Source of the DNA: Botryllus schlosseri
Lineage: Eukaryota
Direction: 5' to 3'
DNA length: 64,000 nucleotides
Assembly (NCBI GenBank): GCA_051294905.1
Contig: CM119372.1
Location: 12,960,001-13,024,000 of the forward strand
The position numbers and the translations under genes are program-made. This document shows, in pieces, positions 52,912 through 64,000 of the stretch (the first letter of the stretch is position 1; every line of letters begins with the position of its first letter). The notes beneath the pieces are model-generated. The model saw only the letters and a list, made by a program, of their open reading frames with translations. It had not been told where the DNA came from and did not search any database.

Positions 52912-55900
52912 TCTTTATTTTCATCCAACCAAAATACATAACACACGGCAGTGATGGTGGTACAGAAAATATGCTTGCACAGTATTCGGTACTAGATAGG
53001 AATGATCGATAAGACCGTGAAGGTCATCTAGTCTGATCACACCAGCATCAAACGGGTACACTTGACTCTAAACAGTCTGGCTGTAAAGGTTGACGGCAAT
53101 GCGATATATTTGATGTCCCCATCGATTCTTATACTAAAGGGGTTGGCGTACGTCCTCCTTCTCCAGGAAAATATCCTCGCATAAATGTACTCCTTTTTGT
53201 GAATTTATCCTCCGTTTTAGCTTAAAATATCCAAAAAGACCGTGAATAACGCGAAATAGGGATCTACGAAAGGCGGGTAGGGTCTATCTTGCTGTTTTCG
53301 CATAATTCTGTTATTCAAATGTAGGATTTTGGTGTAGGTCTGATTTATAACTTTGTAAAAGTGAGGTAAACTCATTGCAAAACTACTTTCTGCTTTTAAA
53401 GTCAAACGTGCAAAGAGTAAGTAATTTCACCCGAAACGGTTGAGGAGTAAGTTACAACGACTTGGGTATATAGCACAAGTGCCGAGTACTCGAATCAGTA
53501 GCGTCTTTTAACACCATTACTCAATCCAAGTCCACAACATACCTAAAAACGGGGTATTGTTTTGTGTATTTCAGTGAAGCAAATTCAATTTAAATCTCAA
53601 ACCACTTTATCCTGTGCCCGACCTCATTAAAAATCGATCAAAACCTGATCACCACCTGCGTAATCAATCCGCTGTGTGTAAAATGGTATACCATGTTGGT
53701 GTCGATCGTATATTAATTTTGCGTGCGATTTGCGTCGATCTGCTGTCGAACAGATATACTTTTGCCTACCCTTGAAGTATACAGTATTACCGCGTTGTCT
53801 ATATTACGGCTCTGTGGTTAGACAATACAGATTAGAGACGCCCCGGACTGATCAATATAGTCGGATACTCCCAATCTGCTCAGTCGTGGTTCTTGACCCT
53901 CCAAGACCTTTGTTAGCATCAGTCTATCTCACTGTTTGTAGTGCCAATTTCAAACGTCGTAATAGTGATCACTCGCTCATGTGTAATATAGAAATTGACG
54001 CCTGGACTATTTGCACGAGCTCATGGTTTATGGTAAACTTACTAAAGCGGAAAGTCACTACCAAGTTGAACATTGACTGATCGTTCTCTTGTTAGCGTCG
54101 ATATTCGTTCGTACGTTCTTTCATGCCTTAGAATTTTTGTTATCATCGAGTGTGGTCATAAATAGACAGGGGGACAAATTTGATGCGTTCAACGCAATAC
54201 GCGTTTGCCACATCTCAGTCCGGACCGTAACCGATCGTTTACCGCACCTTCTATACGATAAGCGTCGCTTTTTACTCATAGGTAAGCCGATGATCTGTGA
54301 AAACACAGGCGCCAACGTGTCATTTCGTTATTCCCTCCACGTCACATGACCGCCTATATGTAGGCTTCTGGGGTGCCCATCAACACAAGTGTTGAACGTG
54401 ATCCATAAGGACCCCACTGCGTGCTACGTCTAAATAAATGTGTTTACCCGAGTTTACACCTGGTGTGGAGCAGTGAAGTGGGTGCAGAAAGTGAATTAGA
54501 CAACACAAACCAGTTGACTACATCGATTAATATACGGGGGTTGATAAATTTTGTCAAGTGACTTTTGAATGGATGTTATTTTTGCCAAATAAACCCCCAC
54601 TCTGTCTGTAGTTTCAAATAGTAACGTAATTATTGGTGTTTCGTTGGGTTAAACGCACTTTGAACGCTGCTGCTTGGTCGGTGGTATGCACAGTGCACAG
54701 CGTACATCTAGTTGAAATTTTACACTCGTCTGATAAAACGCGACAACGGCAAAGCAATAAAACCAACCGGTGCTAAAATAAGTCATCCGGTAAAATTACT
54801 AATAAGCTATGCCCCGAGTTTCCGGGTCCCCGCCATACCCCGTAACTATGTGTTTGGAGTGGTGGACGCGCGTTATCGGGTGTACCTAAAGCCTGTTTGA
54901 ACTGCGAATTGGGGTAAATCCAGGCTGGTACGCAAAGTCCTGTTATTCCCACATATTGTGAGGAAAAAATCTAGTAAAAATCTGACTCGCAAAGATACGT
55001 GGCCGTATCCAGTCCGATTTCACTCAAAATCGGGGGTCTGGAACCGATTCGTGACCACCTCCGTCCAGGCAAAATGGTTCTGCTGTCAATACACGATATG
55101 CGGGGTTTCGTTGCATATTCATTTGCGTGTACAGTGAAACTTTGTATCGAACCACTGGCGGAATTCTGTTTGATTTGTCTGTACATGTGTTGTTATTGCA
55201 GTAGGGTTTAGCACCACAAGAAGTATAATGGCAAAATCTTATCCATCTCACAACGATAACAACTTTAACTGTCAGCAAACCTAACGGTCATCACTCGTTC
55301 GAATGCTTGTAATTTCGATGGGGTGTGATGTACACAAACCATCTGTGATCAATCGAGTGTGACACAAACGGTGTCAGTCGTCAATCTCCTGTTTGACTAA
55401 ACTCGCATATTCGAGCGGGATGACAGCAATGCGATACAGCTGATGTTCACATCGATCTATATTTATAGGGTTACCAAAGTCCTCCTCCTTCTCCTAGATA
55501 TGTACAACCTTCGCCCAAATGTCTTCCTTTTTTGTAAATTTTTCCTTATTTTCAGCTTAAAATAACAAAAAACACCACGAATTACGCGAAATGTAGGTCT
55601 GGTCGATTTCGGTGAGTGACCTTTCATTTAGTTAACTCGCACAACACAAGTAATTGACGGGTATTTCGGTAGTCGAGTCAGAAGAAATGACATTGTTTTC
55701 TAGTCAATCTAATGAAATTAGCGGTATAAATATAAAAATACGTCTTCCCCTATCGTAACTTGCAACCTGTGAAAAAACGCGTACCGCAAAATATCCTCAG
55801 CACCCCCAACAAAACATACTTGCGACAAATATCATACTATGGACGTATTGACTCGGCGGAGTGCTACCGTGAGAGAAATGCTGTTTGACCCCCTCGACCT

Positions 55901-56218
55901 AGCCTTGAATTTACCGTTGAAAAATTCCACCAGAAGAAGCTGTGATCGTGTGTCGCAATCAATGTAAGCCACGCTCCATCAATCTGTTGTTTTGACAAAA
56001 CTTGTACGTATACGCCAGAGATGAGCATTGATGTTACACTTTCTGTTATACATTCTTCATTACCACCGCAAACTAGAAGGTCAATCACGACGACGGGCAA
56101 CTACTCCCAATTGGCGGAATACTGTTTGATTCATCTGTATAATCAGGTTTAGCACCACAAGAAGTATCTTAGTAGTTTATGATTGAACACAATCTTATCC
56201 ATCAAACAACAAACAAAT

Positions 56219-57604
56219 CAGATCATCGGCTTACCTATGAGTAAAAAGCGACGCTTATCGTATAGAAGGTGCGGTAAACGATCGGTTACGGTCCGGACTG
56301 AGATGTGGCAAACGCGTATTGCGTTGAACGCATCAAATTTGTCCCCCTGTCTATTTATGACCACACTCGATGATAACAAAAATTCTAAGGCATGAAAGAA
56401 CGTACGAACGAATATCGACGCTAACAAGAAAACGATCAGTCAATGTTCAACTTGGTAGTGACTTTCCGCTTTAGTAAGTTTACAATAAACCATGAGCTCG
56501 TGCAAATAGTCCAGGCGTCAATTTCTATATTACACATGAGCGAGTGATCACTATTACGACGTTTGAAATTGGCACTACAAACAGTGAGATAGACTGATGC
56601 TAACAAAGGTCTTGGAGGGTCAAGAACCACGACTGAGCAGATTGGGAGTATCCGACTATATTGATCAGTCCGGGGCGTCTCTAATCTGTATTGTCTAACC
56701 ACAGAGCCGTAATATAGACAACGCGGTAATACTGTATACTTCAAGGGTAGGCAAAAGTATATCTGTTCGACAGCAGATCGACGCAAATCGCACGCAAAAT
56801 TAATATACGATCGACACCAACATGGTATACCATTTTACACACAGCGGATTGATTACGCAGGTGGTGATCAGGTTTTGATCGATTTTTAATGAGGTCGGGC
56901 ACAGGATAAAGTGGTTTGAGATTTAAATTGAATTTGCTTCACTGAAATACACAAAACAATACCCCGTTTTTAGGTATGTTGTGGACTTGGATTGAGTAAT
57001 GGTGTTAAAAGACGCTACTGATTCGAGTACTCGGTACTTGTGCTATATACCCAAGTCGTTGTAACTTACTCCTCAACCGTTTCGGGTGAAATTACTTACT
57101 CTTTGCACGTTTGACTTTAAAAGCAGAAAGTAGTTTTGCAATGAGTTTACCTCACTTTTACAAAGTTATAAATCAGACCTACACCAAAATCCTACATTTG
57201 AATAACAGAATTATGCGAAAACAGCAAGATAGACCCTACCCGCCTTTCGTAGATCCCTATTTCGCGTTATTCACGGTCTTTTTGGATATTTTAAGCTAAA
57301 ACGGAGGATAAATTCACAAAAAGGAGTACATTTATGCGAGGATATTTTCCTGGAGAAGGAGGACGTACGCCAACCCCTTTAGTATAAGAATCGATTGGGA
57401 CATCAAATATATCGCATTGCCGTCAACCTTTACAGCCAGACTGTTTAGAGTCAAGTGTACCCGTTTGATGCTGGTGTGATCAGACTAGATGACCTTCACG
57501 GTCTTATCGATCATTCCTATCTAGTACCGAATACTGTGCAAGCATATTTTCTGTACCACCATCACTGCCGTGTGTTATGTATTTTGGTTGGATGAAAATA
57601 AAGA

Positions 57605-57635
<31 letters not shown>

Positions 57636-60600
57636 TGAGTATACGAGTTTCCTCAGACAGCTGATAGGACCGACTTCGATCGCGTCACACTCGAGTGATC
57701 ACAGCTGTGTTGAGTACATCACACCGAAATTCAAGCATTCGTACGAGAAGTGATGAGAGCCCGTAAGTGTGATCATGGTTTCCGTAGTAAAAACAGAGTG
57801 ATTTTGTCGAATACCCCAACGTCAGACGGGTGTATCACTAACGAATACCCCTACCCTTTTAGACCTAGTGTAAAAGACCGTAGCTCCCGATCATCATTTT
57901 ACAATACTAACAAACCCTACCGAAAGAGATGGTACGTAACAGTATCTTGTGGTCGATTAGCTTTTTCATAAAAATATGAAATCTACATAAATACATACCG
58001 TTGGAGTCGTTGAGGGCTTTAAAGTTGGTATCGTTGTGGGTAAGATTTTATTCATCCTCAAATGATTACGTTCCTGTGGGGATAAACACGATTGCACTAA
58101 CAACACATGCACAGCCCGCACATAGGTCGCTACAAAGTTTCGCTGTACGCAGAACTATTAGGCCTTGTATGGAGGTGATCAGGAGCCGGTCTTTCCAAAT
58201 ATCTACTCAAAAGTGGTGGACAGACTTGGCGTAGATCCATGGTCACTTATACCCGATACTTTACTTCGATGCAAACGCTGGGAATCAGACGGACGAACCC
58301 CGTTTTCGATTGTGGTACGTGTGCGTGGAAAAATACAGTACAATTACTGGGATTATATCACACCTCAAAATACTTTCGTGTCTAAACTTGCCTCATGGGT
58401 CAATCGAGGCGACTCACACAGATATTCCTAGTTTATCCTTGAGGGCTGTATTACCGGTTAGCTGTATATTTATGGATGATTAACAACCGTTAGCTGTCGC
58501 TATTGTACGATTTACATATGTGTTATACAAGGGGGCGGGCAACTCCTTCGGTCGGCGGGCCGGATATAAGAAAATTAAGTACTTGGCGGGCCGAATTGCT
58601 GAATCGATACATTATTCACCCGTTGATCCCCATATATGAGGAATAAATCGTGTTTAACCAATATATTTTAACTACCTCAATGTCACTGCAAAGCCATATC
58701 TCCCCGATAATAACGAAGACAATGTGGATTTGAGAACAGCCTCGTTATACAGGCACCGCCGTGTCTGCTTCTCTCTAATCAATTAACACACCGTGCAACC
58801 CATAAATAAGATTTACAAATTACCGGATCGCTTCGAAACTGTATTTTGGCTCGACAGTTTTATGGGGGCCTACTCTTTATAATTAGGATAGAAAGCGATT
58901 TCACGATACCGACATTTCTTTAAAACTACTTCTACTTGAGTACTTCAAAAGCTATATATTTTGTCCTTCCATTTGAAGTAAATTTAGCATGTGTTGTAAA
59001 TCACTCCAGCTATCTCGATAACCTCGCTAGAATGCGTAGTTTCGTCTGGATCTGCAGTACCTAGTACGTTGTGTATACACAAAGAGGGATTGCAGTGGCG
59101 ACTTGCTTCAGTCGAGTAACGGGCGATGTCGATTTCACACGCATTCCAAAGTGCATCTTGTGAGAATGATGTACCACCACCCAGGCTATTCTAGCTACGA
59201 CATGGGATCATTTCGCTGTACTAAGGTGGGTATACCCTGACATGGTCGAGTGCGCTCGATCCTTTTCATGTAACGGTAGTTTGGGGCGCTTTTACTATTC
59301 ACATTTTCACACAGGCCCCCGTATCCACGTAATAGCCTGCACAATGCCATCATAGCGTCATTATTTCGATTTGGCTACATACCCGACTTTTGTAATCTAG
59401 GCTCACATTTTGCGTTACTCGTGGTGTTTTTTGGATATGTTAAGTTAACAAGGAGGACAAATTGACAGAAAGAGAGTATATTTGGGCGAAGGGGTGACAT
59501 ATCTGGGAAAAGGAGGACATATGCTCCCTTGAATGAGGCCGTATGGTAAACCTATTAAAATAGGAGGGTCGATGGTGACATCAAATGGATCGCATTGTGT
59601 TGCTGTCAACCCGAAAACGCGAGTTTTTCCAAACAGGCGGATTGATGACTGACATCGATTGTGTCACGCTCGATTGGTCACAGCTGATTCGCGTATATCG
59701 CACCACATCGAAATTGGAAGCGTACCAACGACAAGTCATGACAGTTGTTGGCGGGTAAAGTTGTTATCGTTGTGTGATTTTACCAATATGCTCCTTGTGG
59801 TGGTAAATCTAATTACACTAATAACACCTGTACAGACAAACAGAAGTCCGCCAATGAGTCGATACAAAGTCTCGCTGTACGCAAATTAATGTACAACGAC
59901 ACTCCCCCTACAGCAGAACTATTTTGTCTGGACGGGGCTGGTCACGATTCGTTTCCGGACCCGGCGCAGATTTCATCACTTTTGGTTAAACCCGGACTGG
60001 ATGCGGCCAAGTGTCTTTGAGAGTTGGATTTATGTTACATTTTACCAGCCTAGTACATGGAAATACCGGGACTTTACGTACTAGTCGGATTTTTTGGACT
60101 TTGATTTTGCATCCCTATAGTCGCAGTGGATTCGAATTTCGAAATCTCCCACTCATCTTTACAACTCACCGAAAGCAGGCTATAGATCGAATCACGTATG
60201 ATCTGTCACAATTCATTCCCAATATTGCACCACCGAGCGCGTTTCAGCCAAATAAGGTCAGTCCACTGATCCCCGATGAAGCGAGCTACCCCGATTCGTC
60301 ACTGTACAATTGAATCTGACATCGTACTCGCAGTTACCGAGTTCGAACGGGAAATGCGAGGCTCGAAGGTGTGACGCAGCAATTCTCTGACGGTAACACT
60401 TCGCCGATTCAATATATCCGTAGTATGATGCTGCAAATATGCTCGGCGTTGTTGGCATAACATGTGTTGAGGATATGTTACGGCACACGTGAGCACAACT
60501 GATTGTCTGCAGCGAAATTAGTCGAATTCGAACGACAGTGCGTGGCTGCCGAAGCAATATATCCTTAGTATGATATTGTAAATATGCTTGGAGGTGTTGG

Positions 60601-61945
60601 TATAACAAGTGTTGAGGATATGTTACGGTACACGCGAACACAACTGATTGTCTATAGCGAAATTAGTCGCTCTCGAACGACAAGTGCGTGGTGAGCTTGC
60701 GATCGATATATATCGTACATACGGGTAAAGCATTAGTTCGCCAACTGATCGATTCAAGTTGTACATCATGTACAGCATACAAAAATAATATGCCGCGGTA
60801 AATTGTATATCATTTACAGACACCGGCATGATTACGCTTGACCAGACGTGAAGCAGTAAAAGAACCCATCATAAATACATTGTTTGGTTGGGGCTGTCTG
60901 TCCTAAGACGCTAGAAAGCGGGAAAGGTGTGGAACAGTAGTTGTTGCTTTCACCAATTAGTAGGTACGTAATATCGGAAATGAACACGTTGATGCGAGTC
61001 AAATTGAGAATGAGCTATTTCTTTAATTACTTATTATATTCGAAATGTTACTTTATTTAAGTTAATCTATGTCGGGGGCGCCTAATACCTATTTCTAATA
61101 CACGACATTCTTTCTGGTTCTCGATATGACTCAAAATGACACACATACTTATAACCAGAACAGATCATTTCTCCTTACTATTTAAGTCGACAACAAAGCA
61201 AGAGCAAGTACGACAGTATGGAACAGACTACAAGCGTCACTATGCACAGCCGAACTATAGACACCTAAAACACGCACCAGGATCTCCCCGATCAGGAGAA
61301 AACTTTATTGACGTCACGACCGGCAATTATTCCTATGCCCCACAGTACACGAAATCGAGTCAATCGCGAAACGACAAGTAAACCAGGGTGGTTTGAACGG
61401 CAATTATTCCCAAAGCCCCGTCACGAAATTGGACCACAAAACGATAGGTCAGGGCGATTTGTCGGCAGGCAACTATTACCAAGCCCAGTCGCGTACGACC
61501 GAAGTCAGCTGTAGTTTCGTGTCCTTGTCCAGAGGTCAAGCGAGGTAGAATAAATCATGAGTGGAAAAGTACAAGTAGAATTACTAATCAATAAGTTTCA
61601 CGTCTGGCCAGAGTACAAAAGGTCAATCGATATTTTGGAAGCTGATTACGTTCAACATATTCGCAAACCCCAGGATAAAGGCAGGTAGAATCAGGAGGCG
61701 AGTGGAAAAGTACAAGTAGAATGACTCAAGTCTCATGTCTGAGTACAAAGGTCAATCCAGATTCTTTGTTCGTTTTCTCTCTATCGTTAATTATTCCCCC
61801 TTTTTGATTGCCGCACACAGGGCCATAAAAGTATTGCTGCAAAATTGAGAATGAGGTAATTCTTTCATTAATTATTATATTGATAATCTTTGTTTGTTTA
61901 TTATAAATCGCGAATGGGGGGATTCTGCACATTTATCTTACTACT
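56219..61945 (-). repeat. Right inverted arm (5,727 bp, uninterrupted)
   Basis: Reverse complement of the left arm; only about 6 substitutions noticed by eye. Confidence 0.95.
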
Positions 61946-63482
61946 AACGTTTAAAAAAACACATATTTTTAAAGGCATTTGTTTTAAACAATGTGTTTTA
62001 AATAAACATGTGTTAAACAAAATGTTTTAAAACACCGTTTGTTTTAAATGCAACTCTAGCCGGGGGACAAAAGTCGCCGTTTACCCGCCCATTTTCCAAT
62101 TGTACTTGTGCTTGCATACGTGTCACTACGTCTCATCATAGTCAGATGAAAAGCTTTTATATACCCTACGTATAATTCGATGATATTTGAGCGAATAACA
62201 ATAATAAATATAACTAAACTTTCATTAATTCTACAATTTTCCAAATAGCTCTGAGATCCAAATCAAAATGGTCCTGTGGCCAACCAGTGGGTCAACTCAT
62301 GGCCCACTGTTTGAGAACCCCTGGCCTATAGCAAATGGCAAAGACATATTTCTTTCAAAGGACACCGAACAATCACAATTAAGTTATTTGAATACAACAG
62401 GACTTCGTAAACTTCGCTTTGCAGAAAAGTCAATAGAACCACTTATAAATATCTAGTAACAAAAAAGCGTCATGAAATTACATTTAAGTTGTCATAATCG
62501 AATTTAGGGTGAATTTTAGTTATTGAAAGTTCACCGATCCGCAAGATTTTTTTTTAGTTTTACCGGTCCACGAGGTCAAAAAGGTTGAGAACCACTGGTC
62601 TACATCACACTTTCCATTTGGCCAAAGGCAATTTTACGGTGATATTTAACCGTCTTGACGCGCGCGAAAATTGATGCAACAATGCAGGCCGGGAGCAGGT
62701 GAGGAGCAGCGCAAACCGCAAGCGTATTGGCCATTGTTGCGTAATCGATCGAGCATTCATACTCTCACCATAGTGTCCTACAATAATGATGTAGACCAGA
62801 GGTCTCAAACACGTGGTAAAACGGGTATCAATCGACAGCTGACTCTGCGCTGATTACGAAAATATAAATTTTATCCCGTTCGTGGCCCTGGAACCCCCAC
62901 AATCAGCCTCGAATTTTTCATTGTTATGGAGATTGGTATTGGGACGCAACAATGCTGTCTGGCGAAACGATAGAGTAGCTCAAGAGCAAAAGAGCGGCTG
63001 TGCAGCGAGCGTGAGATTATAGAATGTAAACATACCACTGTGATTCTATTAGAATTTTTGGCCGAAATCGGGGATCGGGTGAATCATGGAAATATACTCG
63101 GGTGTCATTACGTTTTGTGCTTTGGAAATTACATCGGCATATTCGTGAACCTCTTGCCAGACTATTTCTTGGTGATGTATTCAACGACAAATGCATGTAA
63201 ACGACGGTTTTCGGGTGTATTTCCGGGTATAATGACGAAAGAACAATTTTAAGAAGACGAATGGATACCTACTACGCAGCCGTTTGACTGAATATTTTGC
63301 AGAGAAATCGCCCGAAATGTGTCGATGATAACGCTCAGCAGACCATGTCTATCGACAATCCTTGGGGTATAAATATATTTCGAAGAGTGCGAGAATGGTT
63401 TGACACCGGCGGCAGCTACAAAGAATCATCATTTTCCCGAATATATGATCACGACGAATAGTAGAACACTTTTTTAAAAGAT

Positions 63483-64000
63483 TTAGGCTCCGGACTCTAC
63501 ATATATCTCATTAAAATCGAATTGAAATCGGACATTTTCAAAATTTCGGTAATCCGGACACAATTATGGCCCCAGATCGACCCTTGGGACGTCAACTTGA
63601 ATAATAACTTTGGTATTGATGGAATCAGCGAGACTAGTAGAATCCATTTCAAAAAGAATTAGGCTTCGGACTTTACATATATCTCATTAGAATCGAATTG
63701 AAATCGGACATTTTCAAAATTTTGATAATCCCGACACAATTATGGCCCCAGTTGGACCCTTGGGACGTCGACTTGAATAATAATTTTGGTATTGATGGAA
63801 TCGGCTAGACTAGTAAAATCCATTTCAAAAATAATTAGGCTTCGGACTCTACATATATCTCATTAGAATCGAATTGAAATCGGACATTTTCGAAATTTTG
63901 ATAATCCGGACACAATTATGGCCCCAGATCGACCCTTGGGACGTCGACTTGAATAATAATTTTGGTATTGATGGAATCGGCTAGACTAGTAGAATCCATT
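63483..64000. repeat. 176-bp tandem repeat (satellite-like), about 3 copies, running off the window
   Basis: AGGCTYCGGACT recurs at 63485, 63661 and 63837; units are highly similar. Confidence 0.92.

Larger units (their letters stand above)
45059..54297 (+). repeat. Left inverted arm (45059-47355 plus 50868-54297, interrupted)
   Basis: Reverse complement of 56219-61945. Mirror ORFs have constant coordinate sums (107004 for the outer part, 110516 for the inner part). Confidence 0.95.
45059..61945. mobile_element. Non-autonomous Polinton/Maverick-like fold-back element (16,887 bp; ~13.4 kb without the nested insertion)
   Basis: Termini AGTAGTAAG...CTTACTACT, 6-bp TSD AACGTT (45053-45058, 61946-61951), 5,727-bp inverted arms, spacer 54298-56218. 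No pPolB, integrase, ATPase or capsid ORF recognised. Confidence 0.8.
44186..62058. mobile_element. Host MITE (TAGGGTTGCATT family) split by later insertions; halves at 44186-45058 and 61946-62058
   Basis: The two halves rejoin into the family sequence seen at 16108-16593 and 32190-32619. 8-bp TSD GTCGGGGG / GCCGGGGG. A further hAT-type MITE occupies 44495-45005. Confidence 0.75.

Noticed and set aside
52085..61932. Mirrored short ORFs in the ORF track as real gene pairs
   Set aside because: They follow automatically from the inverted arms, and none has a recognisable intact domain.
45059..61945. Palindrome as an assembly or amplification fold-back artefact
   Set aside because: The arms differ by point substitutions, only one arm has a TSD-flanked insertion, and the outer flanks rejoin into one host MITE with its own TSD. 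Read-level confirmation is still advisable.
45059..61945. Autonomous Polinton/Maverick or endogenous virus
   Set aside because: Outside the nested P-like element no ORF exceeds ~130 aa, and no pPolB, integrase, ATPase, protease or capsid motif was recognised.
63483..64000. CRISPR array (also considered for 46310-46600 and the MITE subterminal repeats)
   Set aside because: Whole units repeat with no unique spacers, no cas genes are present, and the context is eukaryotic.

Overview
Eukaryotic, AT-rich, transposon-dense DNA with many ~60-bp GT-AG introns; an invertebrate animal is likely (inference). There is one host gene, a 14-exon SLC6/NSS transporter on the minus strand (12955-31580, ~590 aa), in which several normally invariant transport residues are substituted. 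It is flanked by two relic copies of its 3' exons. A young Mag-type Ty3/Gypsy LTR element (8161-12903) lies just 3' of its stop codon. The main structure is a 16.9-kb element (45059-61945) with Polinton/Maverick-type ends (AGTAGT...ACTACT, 6-bp TSD) and no recognisable Polinton genes. It is a near-perfect fold-back with 5,727-bp inverted arms around a 1.9-kb spacer. Its left arm is interrupted by a 3.5-kb P-element-like transposon carrying an intact C2H2-zinc-finger gene. A second, unrelated 2-kb element with the same ends and a 6-bp TSD lies at 1601-3618. Also present: a Penelope-like remnant with a minimal hammerhead-ribozyme motif in an SLC6 intron, LINE, Gypsy and hAT remnants, many hAT-type MITEs with 8-bp TSDs, and a 176-bp tandem repeat at the right edge. 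All comparisons were done by eye; no database searches were run.
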